The notes: generated by a model not told the origin, from the sequence alone. A DNA stretch of 64,000 bases from Acidobacteriaceae bacterium (GCA_049513335.1 JBEKWE010000001.1:10870-74869), one strand, 5' to 3'; shown: positions 44,056 to 53,536, counted from the first letter of the stretch. Translations and numbers: made by a program.

Positions 44056-45558
44056 TTACTTCCGCTTCCACCGCACCCCGTCCTTCGAGTCCTCGATCAC
44101 CACGCCCTTCGCCAGCAGCTCTGCTCGGATCGCGTCCGCCCGCGCAAAGTTTCGTGTCTTCTTGGCCTCGGTCCGCTCCGCCACCAGAGCCTCAATAGCC
44201 TCATCCGAAAGCGCCAGCTTCGCCACCAACTCCGGAGCAGCCTCGCTAATCCGCCCCTCCGCCTCGGCCCACTTCAGCGCCGCCCGTGTCCGCTCCTCGT
44301 CCCGGTCCTCCAGCACCGCGAAGACTTCATCAAAGAGCGCCAGCACGCGCAGCACCTCCGCCGCATTCTCCTCGCCCAGCGTCCCAGCGTCCGCCGCCGA
44401 GTTCGCCGCCCGCACCATCTCCGATATCGCCGCCGCAGCCTCGGCCGTATTCAGATCGTTGGCCAGCGCCGCAGTAAACTCACTCGCCGACTTCGCCGTC
44501 GCCGCCGTCACCGCCGCGTCCACCACCCCCACCGCAAACCCGCCGCGCAGCATCCGCTCGTGGAACGTCCGCAGCCGCTCGATCGCATTCGTCGCCCCGG
44601 CGAGCCCCTCGAACGTAAAGTTCATCTGATGGCGATACGGCACGCTCAGCAGCAGGTACCGGATCGCCGACGCCTTGTGTTCCTTCAGCAGCAGGTCGCG
44701 CAGGGTATAAAAGTTCCCCAGCGACTTCGACATCTTCTTCCCCTCCACCAGCAGGAAGCGCACATGCATCCAGTGCCGCGCAAACGTCCGCCCACTCGCC
44801 GCCTCCGACTGCGCAATCTCGTTCTCGTGGTGGGGGAACATCAAATCTTCGCCGCCCGCGTGCAGGTCGAAGCTCTCGCCCAGAATCGCCGTCGCCATCG
44901 CCGAGCACTCAATGTGCCATCCCGGCCGTCCCGCGCCCAGCGCCGTCTGCCAGCTCGGCTCGGGCTGGCCATCGGCCCCGGCGGTCTTCGCCGCCTTCCA
45001 CAGCGCAAAGTCCCGCGCCGCGTCCTTCTCGTACTCGTCCGCGTCCACCCGCGCGCCGTCCTCCATCCCCTCCAAATCTTTCTTCGACAGCTTCCCATAC
45101 TCCGCGAACCGCGCAATCCGGAAGTACCAGCTCCCATCCTCCGTCTGGTACGCAATGTCTTTCGCCGCCAACTGCTCGATCAGCGTCACCATCTCCGCAA
45201 TGTGCTCGGTCGCGCGCGGCGTGTGCTCCGGCCGCTCGATCCCCAGCGCCTCCATGTCCTCAAAGAACGCCCTCTCAAATCGCGCCGTGTACTCGCCGAT
45301 CGGCATTCCCGCAGCCAGCGCGTTGCGGATGATCTTGTCGTCCACGTCCGTCACGTTCATCACATGCTCCACTGCCATCCCCTGCTGGCGCAGAAACCGC
45401 CGCAACACGTCCACATGCAGAAACGTCCTGAAGTTCCCAATATGCCCGTAGTCGTAGATCGTCGGCCCGCAGGCATACATCCGCAGCGCCGGCGCGCCCA
45501 CCGGCTCCAGCCGCTCCACCCTCCCACTCAATGTATTGAACAGTTCCAACGCCGCCAC
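44056..45558 (-). CDS. cysS: cysteine--tRNA ligase
   Basis: LFNTL, MYACGPT, HIGN, DFALWK, GRPGWHIECS, FPHHENE, KMSKS; start uncertain (45558-45612). Confidence 0.97.
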   Translation of the reverse strand: MAALELFNTLSGRVERLEPVGAPALRMYACGPTIYDYGHIGNFRTFLHVDVLRRFLRQQGMAVEHVMNVTDVDDKIIRNALAAGMPIGEYTARFERAFFEDMEALGIERPEHTPRATEHIAEMVTLIEQLAAKDIAYQTEDGSWYFRIARFAEYGKLSKKDLEGMEDGARVDADEYEKDAARDFALWKAAKTAGADGQPEPSWQTALGAGRPGWHIECSAMATAILGESFDLHAGGEDLMFPHHENEIAQSEAASGRTFARHWMHVRFLLVEGKKMSKSLGNFYTLRDLLLKEHKASAIRYLLLSVPYRHQMNFTFEGLAGATNAIERLRTFHERMLRGGFAVGVVDAAVTAATAKSASEFTAALANDLNTAEAAAAISEMVRAANSAADAGTLGEENAAEVLRVLALFDEVFAVLEDRDEERTRAALKWAEAEGRISEAAPELVAKLALSDEAIEALVAERTEAKKTRNFARADAIRAELLAKGVVIEDSKDGVRWKRK

Positions 45559-45668
45559 AGCACTCACCGCCGCATCCGGCGCGCATATAAGAACGCCCCG
45601 TGCAGTCCACACTTCTGTCTCAATTGCTTCTCTAAGATTCTACATTCCGTCACTCTCGAACCTCGAAC

Positions 45669-46994
45669 CTAGTAACTCGAACCCAGCCTCAACCCCGGCT
45701 CCGCCACCAATCCCTCGCGCGCAAACTCCCCGGCACAAAACTTCCCCCACGCCGCCGCCGCAATCATCGCCGCATTGTCGGTCGACATCGCCAGCGTCGG
45801 GAACGCCACCCGCAGCCCGAGCCGCGCCGCCTCCTCGGCGAACCGCTGCCTTAGCTCGCTGTTCGCCGACACCCCGCCCGACACCACAATCCCCCGCGCG
45901 CCCAGCGCCTCCGCTGCCGCAAACGTCTGCCGCATCAAATTCCCCACCACCGCGTATTGAAAGCTCGCAATCAAATCCAGCGTCTGCTGCTCGAAGACCT
46001 CCGGCAGCTCCCTCACTGCGTCCGCCGGTCTCATCGCAGGATTCGCCTTCAGCGCCTCCGCCAGCGCCCGCCGCCGCGCCTCCACGCCCGCTGCCATCCC
46101 ATGCCCCTGGATATACCGCAGCACCGCCGTCTTGATCCCGCTGAATGAAAAATCAAAGCTGACATCCGAATCGGGTGCCCCATCCAAGCTCTGCTTGGGT
46201 GGGATCGGGTGCCCCATATCTCGATTTTGAGATGTGGGTTTCCGCGCCTTAATCTGCTGAAACCGAAACTCCACCGCCCGCGGATTTCCCTCCTTCGCCA
46301 GCGCATCCATCCACGGCCCTCCGGGATACCCCAACCCAAGCAGCTTGGCCACCTTGTCGAACGCCTCGCCCGCCGCATCGTCCACCGTCCGCCCCACATT
46401 CCTGTAGTGCCACATCACTGGGTGCCCCACATCTCGATTTTGAGATGTGGGTTCCTCCGCCAGATAAAGATGCGTGTGCCCCCCACTCACCACCAGCGCC
46501 AGCATCGGCATCTCCATCTCTCCGAAAACGCCCGGGTGCCCCATCCTTCCAGCGCCTTCTGCGGGAAGGGTGGGAGGAACACGGTTCATCCCCATCACCA
46601 CCGCATGGATGTGCCCCTCTAAATGGTTCACCGCGATCAGCGGTTTCCCCACTCCAAGCGCCAGCGCCTTGGCGTAAGTAATCCCCACCAGCAGCGCGCC
46701 AGCCAGCCCCGGCCCCTCGGTCACCGCGATCGCATCCAGCTCCGCGAACCCCGCCCCCGCCTCAGCCATCGCCGCCCGCACCACCGGCACGATATTGCGC
46801 AAGTGTTCGCGGCTCGCCAGCTCCGGCACCACCCCCCCGTACTTCGCGTGCAGCGCCATCTGCGACGCCACCACGTTCGCCAGCACCTCGCCGCCCGCGC
46901 GCACCACCGCCGCCGCCGTCTCGTCGCACGAGCTCTCAATCCCCAAAATCAACCCGCTGCTTCTCCGCATTGCTCTCGCGCTCGCCGCCTGCAT
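45669..46994 (-). CDS. tsaD: tRNA N6-adenosine threonylcarbamoyltransferase with four in-frame REP insertions
   Basis: LGIESSCDET, GGVVPELASR, NHLEGH, VSGGHT, DDAAGEAFDK, FSFSGIKT, GGVSAN, TDNAAMIA. Confidence 0.96.
   Translation of the reverse strand: MQAASARAMRRSSGLILGIESSCDETAAAVVRAGGEVLANVVASQMALHAKYGGVVPELASREHLRNIVPVVRAAMAEAGAGFAELDAIAVTEGPGLAGALLVGITYAKALALGVGKPLIAVNHLEGHIHAVVMGMNRVPPTLPAEGAGRMGHPGVFGEMEMPMLALVVSGGHTHLYLAEEPTSQNRDVGHPVMWHYRNVGRTVDDAAGEAFDKVAKLLGLGYPGGPWMDALAKEGNPRAVEFRFQQIKARKPTSQNRDMGHPIPPKQSLDGAPDSDVSFDFSFSGIKTAVLRYIQGHGMAAGVEARRRALAEALKANPAMRPADAVRELPEVFEQQTLDLIASFQYAVVGNLMRQTFAAAEALGARGIVVSGGVSANSELRQRFAEEAARLGLRVAFPTLAMSTDNAAMIAAAAWGKFCAGEFAREGLVAEPGLRLGSSY
46173..46575 (+). 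repeat. four GGGTGCCCCA...TGGG palindromic REP-like elements inside tsaD
   Basis: Copies at 46173-46204, 46207-46238, 46420-46451 and 46534-46575; copies 2 and 3 differ at one base. Confidence 0.9.
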
Positions 46995-47011
46995 CTCTCT
47001 ATCATAAGGAC
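46995..47011. promoter_or_regulatory. bidirectional overlapping -10 promoter for leaderless tsaD and cca
   Basis: TATCAT (+, 47000-47005) and TATGAT (-, 47006-47001), each 6 nt from an ATG; the ATGs are 18 bp apart. Confidence 0.7.
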
Positions 47012-48469
47012 ATGCCGGGCGATCTCCCCTCCAACCCGCACTATCTCGCCGCCGCTGCCATCGCCGCGCATCTGCGTGCGCACGGCCACGCCGCCTTCTT
47101 CGCCGGCGGATGCGTGCGCGATCTCCTGCTCGGCCTCGCGCCCAAGGACTTCGACGTCGCCACCTCCGCCACCCCCGATCAGATCGTCGCCCTCTTCCCC
47201 AAGACCTTCACCGTCGGCGCGCACTTCGGCGTCGTCCTCGTCTGCAATGAGATCGACGACGCCGAGATCGCCACCGAATCCGGGGCCCCCGGCGAGCGGT
47301 CTCGGCTCGCTGGGGTGGTCGAGGTCGCCACCTTCCGCTCGGACGGAGCCTACTCCGACGGCCGCCGTCCTGATGCGGTGCGTTACACCACCGACCCCTG
47401 CGAAGACGTCCTCCGCCGCGACTTCACCATCAACGGAATGCTCATCGATCCCCTCGCATTCGACTCCACCGGCGACCCCGCCTGCGCCACGCTCGACTTC
47501 GTCCACGGTCGCCAGGACCTCGCCGCCCGCACCATTCGCGCCATCGGCGACCCCTCCCTGCGCTTCACCGAGGACAAGCTGCGCATGATGCGCGCCGTCC
47601 GATTCGCCGCCCGCCTCGACTTCCAGATCGACCCCGCAACCACCGCCGCCATCCGCCGCCACGCCGCCGAAATCCATCAAGTCAGCGCCGAGCGCGTACG
47701 CGACGAGCTCACCCGCATCCTCACCGAGGGCGGCGCGCGCCGCGGCTTTGAGCTACTCTTCGATCTCGGCCTCCTCGCCGAAGTCCTGCCCGAAGCCGTT
47801 CGCCTACGCGGCGTAGCCCAGCCGCCCGAGTTCCACCCCGAGGGCGATGTCTGGATCCATACCATGCTCATGCTCGCGCAGCTTCCCGCTGGATCTAGCT
47901 CAAACTTAGCCTGGGCCGCGCTGCTACACGACATCGGCAAGCCCGCCACCTACCAGCCGCCCAACCCTGCAACCCCCGGCAGTCGCATCCATTTCTACGG
48001 CCACGTCGAGGCCGGCCTCCGCATCAGTGAGACCATCCTCACCCGCCTGCGCTTCTCGGGCGACGACACCGCTCAAATCCTCTCCCTCGTCGCCAACCAC
48101 ATGCGATTCGGCGATGTCCTCCAGATGAAGCAGTCCACCCTCAAGCGCTTCCTACGTCTTCCGCGATTCGACGAGCACCTCGCCCTGCACCGCCTCGACG
48201 CCCTCTCCGCGCACGGCGACCTCACCTGCTACGACTTTGCCCGCGCCCAATTCGAAGCCGAACCCGCACCCGATCTCCGCCCCGCGCCGCTGCTCACCGG
48301 CCGCGACCTCATCGCCGCCGGCTATCGTCCCTCCCCGCAGTTCAAACCCATGCTCGCCCTCGCCGAGGACGCCCAGCTCGAAGGCGCCATTACCACCCCG
48401 GAGCAGGCCCTCGCCCTGGTCCAGGCAAGCTTTCCGCGACCCTCGCCCAATCCCAACCCGCGCAATTAA
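47012..48469 (+). CDS. cca: CCA tRNA nucleotidyltransferase with HD domain
   Basis: AGGCVRD, DFDVAT, EVATFR, RRDFTIN, EDKLRMMRAVRF, LLHDIGKP. Confidence 0.92.
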   Translation: MPGDLPSNPHYLAAAAIAAHLRAHGHAAFFAGGCVRDLLLGLAPKDFDVATSATPDQIVALFPKTFTVGAHFGVVLVCNEIDDAEIATESGAPGERSRLAGVVEVATFRSDGAYSDGRRPDAVRYTTDPCEDVLRRDFTINGMLIDPLAFDSTGDPACATLDFVHGRQDLAARTIRAIGDPSLRFTEDKLRMMRAVRFAARLDFQIDPATTAAIRRHAAEIHQVSAERVRDELTRILTEGGARRGFELLFDLGLLAEVLPEAVRLRGVAQPPEFHPEGDVWIHTMLMLAQLPAGSSSNLAWAALLHDIGKPATYQPPNPATPGSRIHFYGHVEAGLRISETILTRLRFSGDDTAQILSLVANHMRFGDVLQMKQSTLKRFLRLPRFDEHLALHRLDALSAHGDLTCYDFARAQFEAEPAPDLRPAPLLTGRDLIAAGYRPSPQFKPMLALAEDAQLEGAITTPEQALALVQASFPRPSPNPNPRN

Positions 48470-48477
48470 GTCCTGCG

Positions 48478-48546
48478 TTGAAAGGGACGGGCTTTAGCCC
48501 GTCCGCAATAACCGCAATTTCAAAGGGGCTTTCGCCCCCGAGGGAA
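48478..48546. repeat. REP-like doublet (GGGCTTTAGCCC class)
   Basis: GGACGGGCTTTAGCCCGTCC hairpin plus GGGGCTTTCGCCCC hairpin between convergent genes. Confidence 0.75.
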
Positions 48547-48584
48547 TATTTGAAGATAGAGCAACTCCGCCCGTCCCACTCTGC

Positions 48585-48863
48585 TCACCGCTCGAACACA
48601 ACATTATGCCGTCGCAGCCACCAGCATGCCCCGCTCCCCACCTGGGGAAAAATCGACCTGCTGCAACTCACATCCGCCGTCCCACCCCAGTCGTACTCTT
48701 CCTTGTTGTTCTTCAGCGGCATCACCACGATGCTGCTCACCACCACCGACCCCATCCCGCCGCCTCGAGCCACGCGCACCCGCCACACCGCCCAGTCCCC
48801 CACATAGAGGACCGCCAGCGCCACCATCAGTCCTGCCGCCGTCCTGCCCAGAATCCGTTTCAC
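48585..48863 (-). CDS. small membrane/secreted hypothetical protein
   Basis: GTG overlaps the upstream TGA; TM helix; CSRSIFPQ...CWW. Confidence 0.65.
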   Translation of the reverse strand: MKRILGRTAAGLMVALAVLYVGDWAVWRVRVARGGGMGSVVVSSIVVMPLKNNKEEYDWGGTADVSCSRSIFPQVGSGACWWLRRHNVVFER

Positions 48864-49093
48864 ACGCCCTTCAGCTCTCGTTCGGCCCACAACCAGTCCT
48901 GCTGGTCCGCACCATTCTTCCCGCCGCGCTCCACAAAGTAGCGATGCGCCAGCCGCGCAATCTCTTCGTGCGTTGGCGTCTTTGCGGCCGCAGGTTTGCC
49001 AACCGTCGCCTTCTTCGCCGCCGTCTGCTTGGCCGAAGCCGCGCTCGTCCCGGGTTTCGCTGGAGCCTTTGCCTTCTTCACTTTCTCAGCCAT
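48860..49093 (-). CDS. DUF2934 domain protein
   Basis: K/A-rich N-terminus; HEEIARLAHRYFVERG...DWLWAEREL; GGAGG RBS. Confidence 0.85.
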   Translation of the reverse strand: MAEKVKKAKAPAKPGTSAASAKQTAAKKATVGKPAAAKTPTHEEIARLAHRYFVERGGKNGADQQDWLWAERELKGV

Positions 49094-49279
49094 ACAAATC
49101 CTCCTTCGCGTTAAATCCCGCCCACTTTGCGGGGCCATCTTTTCCAGAATACTGGATTCTGTCAACTAAGATGCGCCTCGCGAGCGAAAGAGTGCCTCAC
49201 CGCTAACTCCATAGCGGATGTTGTGGTCTGCATATTCTCCATCTGCAGCAGGTTGCGCTGCCCATGCTGTAATTTGGTC

Positions 49280-50248
49280 CTATGATTGCGGCCGGGTCCC
49301 AAGATATTTGTGAACGATTTTGGCCGCCTCAGGCACCTTGACCGTGGATTCCGAAATCTCCGGCCCGCGGCTCTTCTCTCGTTCGTCCTTCTCCCGCCTC
49401 GGCGCTGGCCGGTCGTCCTCCGTGAAGGCGACGGGCTTCTCATTTTCGTAGCCTGAGAAGCTCTGCAGCAGTTGTGCATTCACCTCGTCCGCAATGGCCA
49501 TCAAGGTCTCGCACAACTGGCCGATGCCGATCCGGTCCAGATTGTTCTGCATCGCCTGGAAGAGCGCAACCTGCAGCGCCCGAGCCTCCTCCACCAGCAC
49601 CGGAGAACTGAACCCCTGCCGCCGCCGCCGCGCGCCGTGCTGCAGCGCGGCCATGGAGAACAGCGTCATCGATCCCAGAGGCTGCGGACAGCGCAGGCGA
49701 TAGATGATCTCGTGCAGCGCGTCGGGCAGATACTCGCTCTGCTCCTCCTCCGTGATTGGCACCGCCTTTAGCCCGCCTGTCTCCTGCATCTTTTGCAGCC
49801 ACGCCTGTGTGATCCAGGCGGTCTCGCGTTCCAGCACGGTTGCGGCCGCCTCCACCCTCAGGCTGCGCGGCGACGGCTCCTCATGGGCCAGCCGCTGGCG
49901 GATGATCTGAATGATGGAACCGGCGCTCACCGGTTTCAGGACGATCTCGTCCACCTGTCGCAGGATGGCAGCCGTGGCCTTCGTCATGTCGGGTTTGGCG
50001 CTCAGCAGCAGGGTCACGGCCTCTGGGTTGGCGTGGCGCATCGCGCTCACCACCGTCAGGCCGTCCCCTTCATTCGGCATGTGCAGGTCGCTCAGCAGCA
50101 CATCGAAGCTCGCGCTTGTGATGTGTTGCAGCGCCTCAACCACGCTGGACGCGGTCGTGACTTCGAATTCATGCGCCTCGAGAACGATCCCCAGTCCGGA
50201 TAGGACCGATTCGTCGTCGTCGACGAGCAGAAGTCTTGCGGGTGCCAA
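49280..50248 (-). CDS. response regulator (REC plus RsbRD-N-like helical domain)
   Basis: LLVDDD, LLSDLHMP, LLLSA, LKP; HGARRRRQGF; start uncertain (TTG 50248). Confidence 0.85.
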   Translation of the reverse strand: MAPARLLLVDDDESVLSGLGIVLEAHEFEVTTASSVVEALQHITSASFDVLLSDLHMPNEGDGLTVVSAMRHANPEAVTLLLSAKPDMTKATAAILRQVDEIVLKPVSAGSIIQIIRQRLAHEEPSPRSLRVEAAATVLERETAWITQAWLQKMQETGGLKAVPITEEEQSEYLPDALHEIIYRLRCPQPLGSMTLFSMAALQHGARRRRQGFSSPVLVEEARALQVALFQAMQNNLDRIGIGQLCETLMAIADEVNAQLLQSFSGYENEKPVAFTEDDRPAPRREKDEREKSRGPEISESTVKVPEAAKIVHKYLGTRPQS

Positions 50249-50680
50249 GGAGAAACCCCTTGTGCGGGTTGCACACAGATTTAAGCCCCAAAAGCAGGCG
50301 GTGAAACAGGAGAAAAAAGAATTGCAATTACAAACGAGTTGCTTGAACCCCACCCTACAGATACAGACGTATCTTGTAGTTTAGACCGCTTGTAGGCATC
50401 AAAGGGTGTCTAAATAGTAACCAATTGTTATCTAAATGGTAAGTAGCGTTGAATCATTGACAACCGCCCCCACGCAGATTATTTGCATCGTTTTGAAGCC
50501 TTATGGCATCCGCCAAATCTGCCGTCGCTTCGTCCTGCATGGGCGCGCATCAGCCGCCCCGCCCGGCCCATCCGTCAGAAAAGATCGCCCCGCCCCATGC
50601 TAGACTCGAAGTCTTCCGCCGTCCGCGCCTTCGCCGCCGTAGCTGCGCGCAAACAGTGGAAGCCATCGGGAGGCCTCTCC

Positions 50681-51478
50681 ATGCATCCGGATCTCGCCAA
50701 GCTCGTCGTCCTGCAATCGCATGACATCGAGGCCAGGCGTCTGCGCGACCAGATCTCCGCGCTTCCCCGGCAGCTCGCCGCGCTCCAAGCCAGGGCCTCC
50801 GCCACCGTGACCCAGCGCACCGCCGTGCTCGACCTCATCGCCAGGGAAGACGCGCTGCGCCGCCGCCAGGAGTCCGAGATCGCCGACCTGCGCCAGAAGC
50901 TCGCGCGCACCCAGAAGAAGATCGACATCTCCACCACCTCCGTCCAGGTCACCGCACTGGAACACGAGGCCGCCTTCGCCCGCGCCCAGATCAATCGCCT
51001 GGAAGACGCCGAACTGGAGAGCATGGAACGCGGCGAAGCGCTCGATGCCCAGCGCGCCCTCGCCGAAGCCGCCGTCGCAGACTCCGCCCTTGCGCTCGAG
51101 CAGGAGCGCGCCCGCACCAACGAGCTCCTCGCCCGCCACCGCGCCGCCCTCGCCGTACTCGATGGCAAGCGCGAGGCCCTGCGCACAGAGATCGCCCAAA
51201 GCCCCACAGGCGAAGACTCCCTCTCCATCTACGACCGCATCAGTCGCTCCAAGGGCGATGCCGTCTCCCAGGCCCTCAACCAGAGGTGCTCCGCATGCCA
51301 GATGATGGTCCGCCCGCAGCGCTGGAACGACCTGCGCGACAACACCCCCGGCTCCCCCTCCAGCCAGACCCTGATGACCTGCGAGAACTGCGGCCACCTC
51401 CTCTACTACGACCCCGCCCGCGACTCGCCCCAGCCCGCCGCAGCCGAATCCATCCCCGCCCAATCGTTGTCATCCTGA
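50681..51478 (+). CDS. coiled-coil plus C4 zinc ribbon protein (DUF164-like)
   Basis: MHPDL..LQ..D, long coiled coil, CSAC...CENCGHLLY; GGAGG RBS. Confidence 0.88.
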   Translation: MHPDLAKLVVLQSHDIEARRLRDQISALPRQLAALQARASATVTQRTAVLDLIAREDALRRRQESEIADLRQKLARTQKKIDISTTSVQVTALEHEAAFARAQINRLEDAELESMERGEALDAQRALAEAAVADSALALEQERARTNELLARHRAALAVLDGKREALRTEIAQSPTGEDSLSIYDRISRSKGDAVSQALNQRCSACQMMVRPQRWNDLRDNTPGSPSSQTLMTCENCGHLLYYDPARDSPQPAAAESIPAQSLSS

Positions 51479-51521
51479 GCGGAGTTTGGCGCTCTTGCGC
51501 CAAACGCAGTCGAAGGACCCC
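51468..51521 (+). repeat. TGTCATCCTGAGC-class REP-like element
   Basis: TGTCATCCTGAGCGGAGTTTGGCGC-TCTT-GCGCCAAACGCAGTCGAAGGACCC; supplies the TGA stop of the upstream CDS. Confidence 0.8.
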
Positions 51522-51579
51522 TGTATCTGTCTTTCAACCTCGAACCTCGCACCTCGAACCTATTGCCGATAATGGAACC

Positions 51580-52122
51580 ATGAGCATCCCTCTCAAACGC
51601 ATCTGCGTTGACATGGACGAGGTCATCGCCGACACCGTCGCCGAGCACCTCGTCCGCTACAACCGCGACTACAGCGACAACCTCACCAAGACCGACCTGC
51701 GCGGTAAGTGGATATGGGACGTCGTCGCCATCGACCGCCATCCCCGCCTCGACGAGTACCTCCGCTCCGACGACTTCTTCGACGTCCTCGATGTCATGCC
51801 CGACGCGCCCCGCGTCCTCCGCCGCCTCCTGCAGCACTTCGAGGTCTTCATCGCCTCCGCCGCCATGGAGGTCCCAACCTCCTTCAACGCCAAGTACCGC
51901 TGGCTGGAGCGCCACTTCCCCACCATCCCCGCCACCCACATCGTCTTCTGCGGAGACAAATCCATCCTCCGCGCCGACTACCTCATCGACGACAACCCCC
52001 GCCAGCTCCGCCGCTTCTCCGGCGCCGGAATCCTCTACGACGCGCCCCACAACGCCGCCGTCACCGGCTTCCCCCGCGTCCACAACTGGCTCGAAATCGA
52101 GTCCCTCTTCCTCAGCGAATAA
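51580..52122 (+). CDS. 5'(3')-deoxyribonucleotidase (NT5C, HAD)
   Basis: ICVDMDEVIAD, KYRWL, FCGDKS, YLIDDNP, APHN. Confidence 0.92.
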   Translation: MSIPLKRICVDMDEVIADTVAEHLVRYNRDYSDNLTKTDLRGKWIWDVVAIDRHPRLDEYLRSDDFFDVLDVMPDAPRVLRRLLQHFEVFIASAAMEVPTSFNAKYRWLERHFPTIPATHIVFCGDKSILRADYLIDDNPRQLRRFSGAGILYDAPHNAAVTGFPRVHNWLEIESLFLSE

Positions 52123-52152
52123 TAATTTCCGCCGCGCACCCCGTCTCCAAAC

Positions 52153-52181
52153 CGTCATTCTGGCCACAGGCCAGAATCTCC
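52153..52181 (+). repeat. CGTCA-class REP-like hairpin
   Basis: CGTC-ATTCTGGCC-ACA-GGCCAGAAT-CTCC. Confidence 0.65.
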
Positions 52182-52287
52182 GTCTCCCCCTTCACGCGCG
52201 ATACACTCGAATCGTGACACGAACCACCGCAGCCAGCCACAGGAGAGCGCAGACGAGCGTGAAGATCGGTCCGCCAAACCTCGCCGC

Positions 52288-53508
52288 ATGACCCTCCCGC
52301 GCATCCACATCGGGCGGCCGCAGCGTCTTGCCGCGCTTCTTCTGCTGGCCTTACTCGCCCAGTGTCTTCGGGTCGTTAGCCACCAGGAGATATCCACCGC
52401 CGACTACCGCTTCGCCCGCTGCGGCCGCGAGATGTGGGAGCGTCCCTCGCCGCTCGAGGGCTACTTCACCACCTGCGGAAACCTCCACGGCGACGGCACA
52501 TTCGCCTATCGCGCCGCCGGCCTTCCCCTCACCCTCCAGCGCCTCATGCTGCTCGCCACGGACCACCTACGCGCGCCGGTCAATCGCCTCTACCCCGACG
52601 GCTCGCTCAACGGTTCCACCTGGGAGTCGCGCCATCAACTGAAGTTCGTCGTCGTTCTCATCCATCTGCCCTTTGTGCTCTTCGCCCTTTGGCTGGGCGG
52701 AGGCCTGTGGTGGGTCACGCGCCGTCTCTACGGCAACGAGGGCGGTTTCTTCGCGCTCGGCCTCTACTGCTTCTGTCCCGCTGTCGTCCGCATGGCGGTC
52801 GTGCCCAATAACGACGTCCTCGCCATGTGGGGACTTTACGGCCTCATCTACACCGCCATCGGCGTCGCCCACGCCATGCAGGGGCCGCGCCGCAAGTGGC
52901 GTCCGCGCATCGCGCTGCTCACCATCGCGCTCGGCCTCACCGCCGCCGCACATCTTCTGGCCGCAATCTTCGGCTTCATCGCCGCGCTGGTCTTCATGCT
53001 CTACCTCGCCGAACGCCGCCGCGGCTACGTCATTCAGGTTCTTCTCATCTCCGCCATCGGCGCGCTTGTCATTCTCTTCGCGTTCTATGGATTCCGCCCG
53101 GCCGCCTTCAGCTACGTCTTCACCGGAGGCGCGGCCCGCTTCTGTTTCTCGCTCTCAGGCGTTCGCAGTTTTGTTGTAGATTGCGGCTTCGCCGGCAGCC
53201 TGGCGAACTTCCCCATCCTCACCGCGTTCGCCGTTGCCACGCTTCTTTATTGCGCTGTGCGCCGCAGCCGATACTTTGGCAACACCACGCCGCTTCTGGT
53301 TGTGCTCGCGCTCGCGCCGCTCATCACCACCCAGACCGTCAGCGCGCCGTGGCTCTGGGCGCTGCCGTTCTTCTTCACCTTCATCGGCGGGGTCTTCGCC
53401 GACGCGCTGGAAACCCGCTTCCGCAAGCTCTTCCTCCTGCTCGCCGGCGCTATTCTCGTCGCGCAGGCAACCGCCTGCCTCGCCGCCCTCCCACTCATTG
53501 CGCGCTAG
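52288..53508 (+). CDS. polytopic membrane protein, GT-C/PMT-like glycosyltransferase remote homologue
   Basis: Many TM helices; RRLYGNEGGFFALGLYCFCP resembles ArnT/PMT_2. Confidence 0.65.
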   Translation: MTLPRIHIGRPQRLAALLLLALLAQCLRVVSHQEISTADYRFARCGREMWERPSPLEGYFTTCGNLHGDGTFAYRAAGLPLTLQRLMLLATDHLRAPVNRLYPDGSLNGSTWESRHQLKFVVVLIHLPFVLFALWLGGGLWWVTRRLYGNEGGFFALGLYCFCPAVVRMAVVPNNDVLAMWGLYGLIYTAIGVAHAMQGPRRKWRPRIALLTIALGLTAAAHLLAAIFGFIAALVFMLYLAERRRGYVIQVLLISAIGALVILFAFYGFRPAAFSYVFTGGAARFCFSLSGVRSFVVDCGFAGSLANFPILTAFAVATLLYCAVRRSRYFGNTTPLLVVLALAPLITTQTVSAPWLWALPFFFTFIGGVFADALETRFRKLFLLLAGAILVAQATACLAALPLIAR

Positions 53509-53536
53509 CTCCGCTAGTTTCTAGCGGAATATAATT

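Noticed and set aside
43522-45672. Long alternative-frame ORFs (for example 43522-45672, 29800-31527, 39051-40640, 41785-43044, 59991-61466, 2356-3744)
   Set aside because: Shadow or antisense frames of well-supported genes, with low-complexity Pro/Arg/Ser composition; expected in high-GC skewed DNA.
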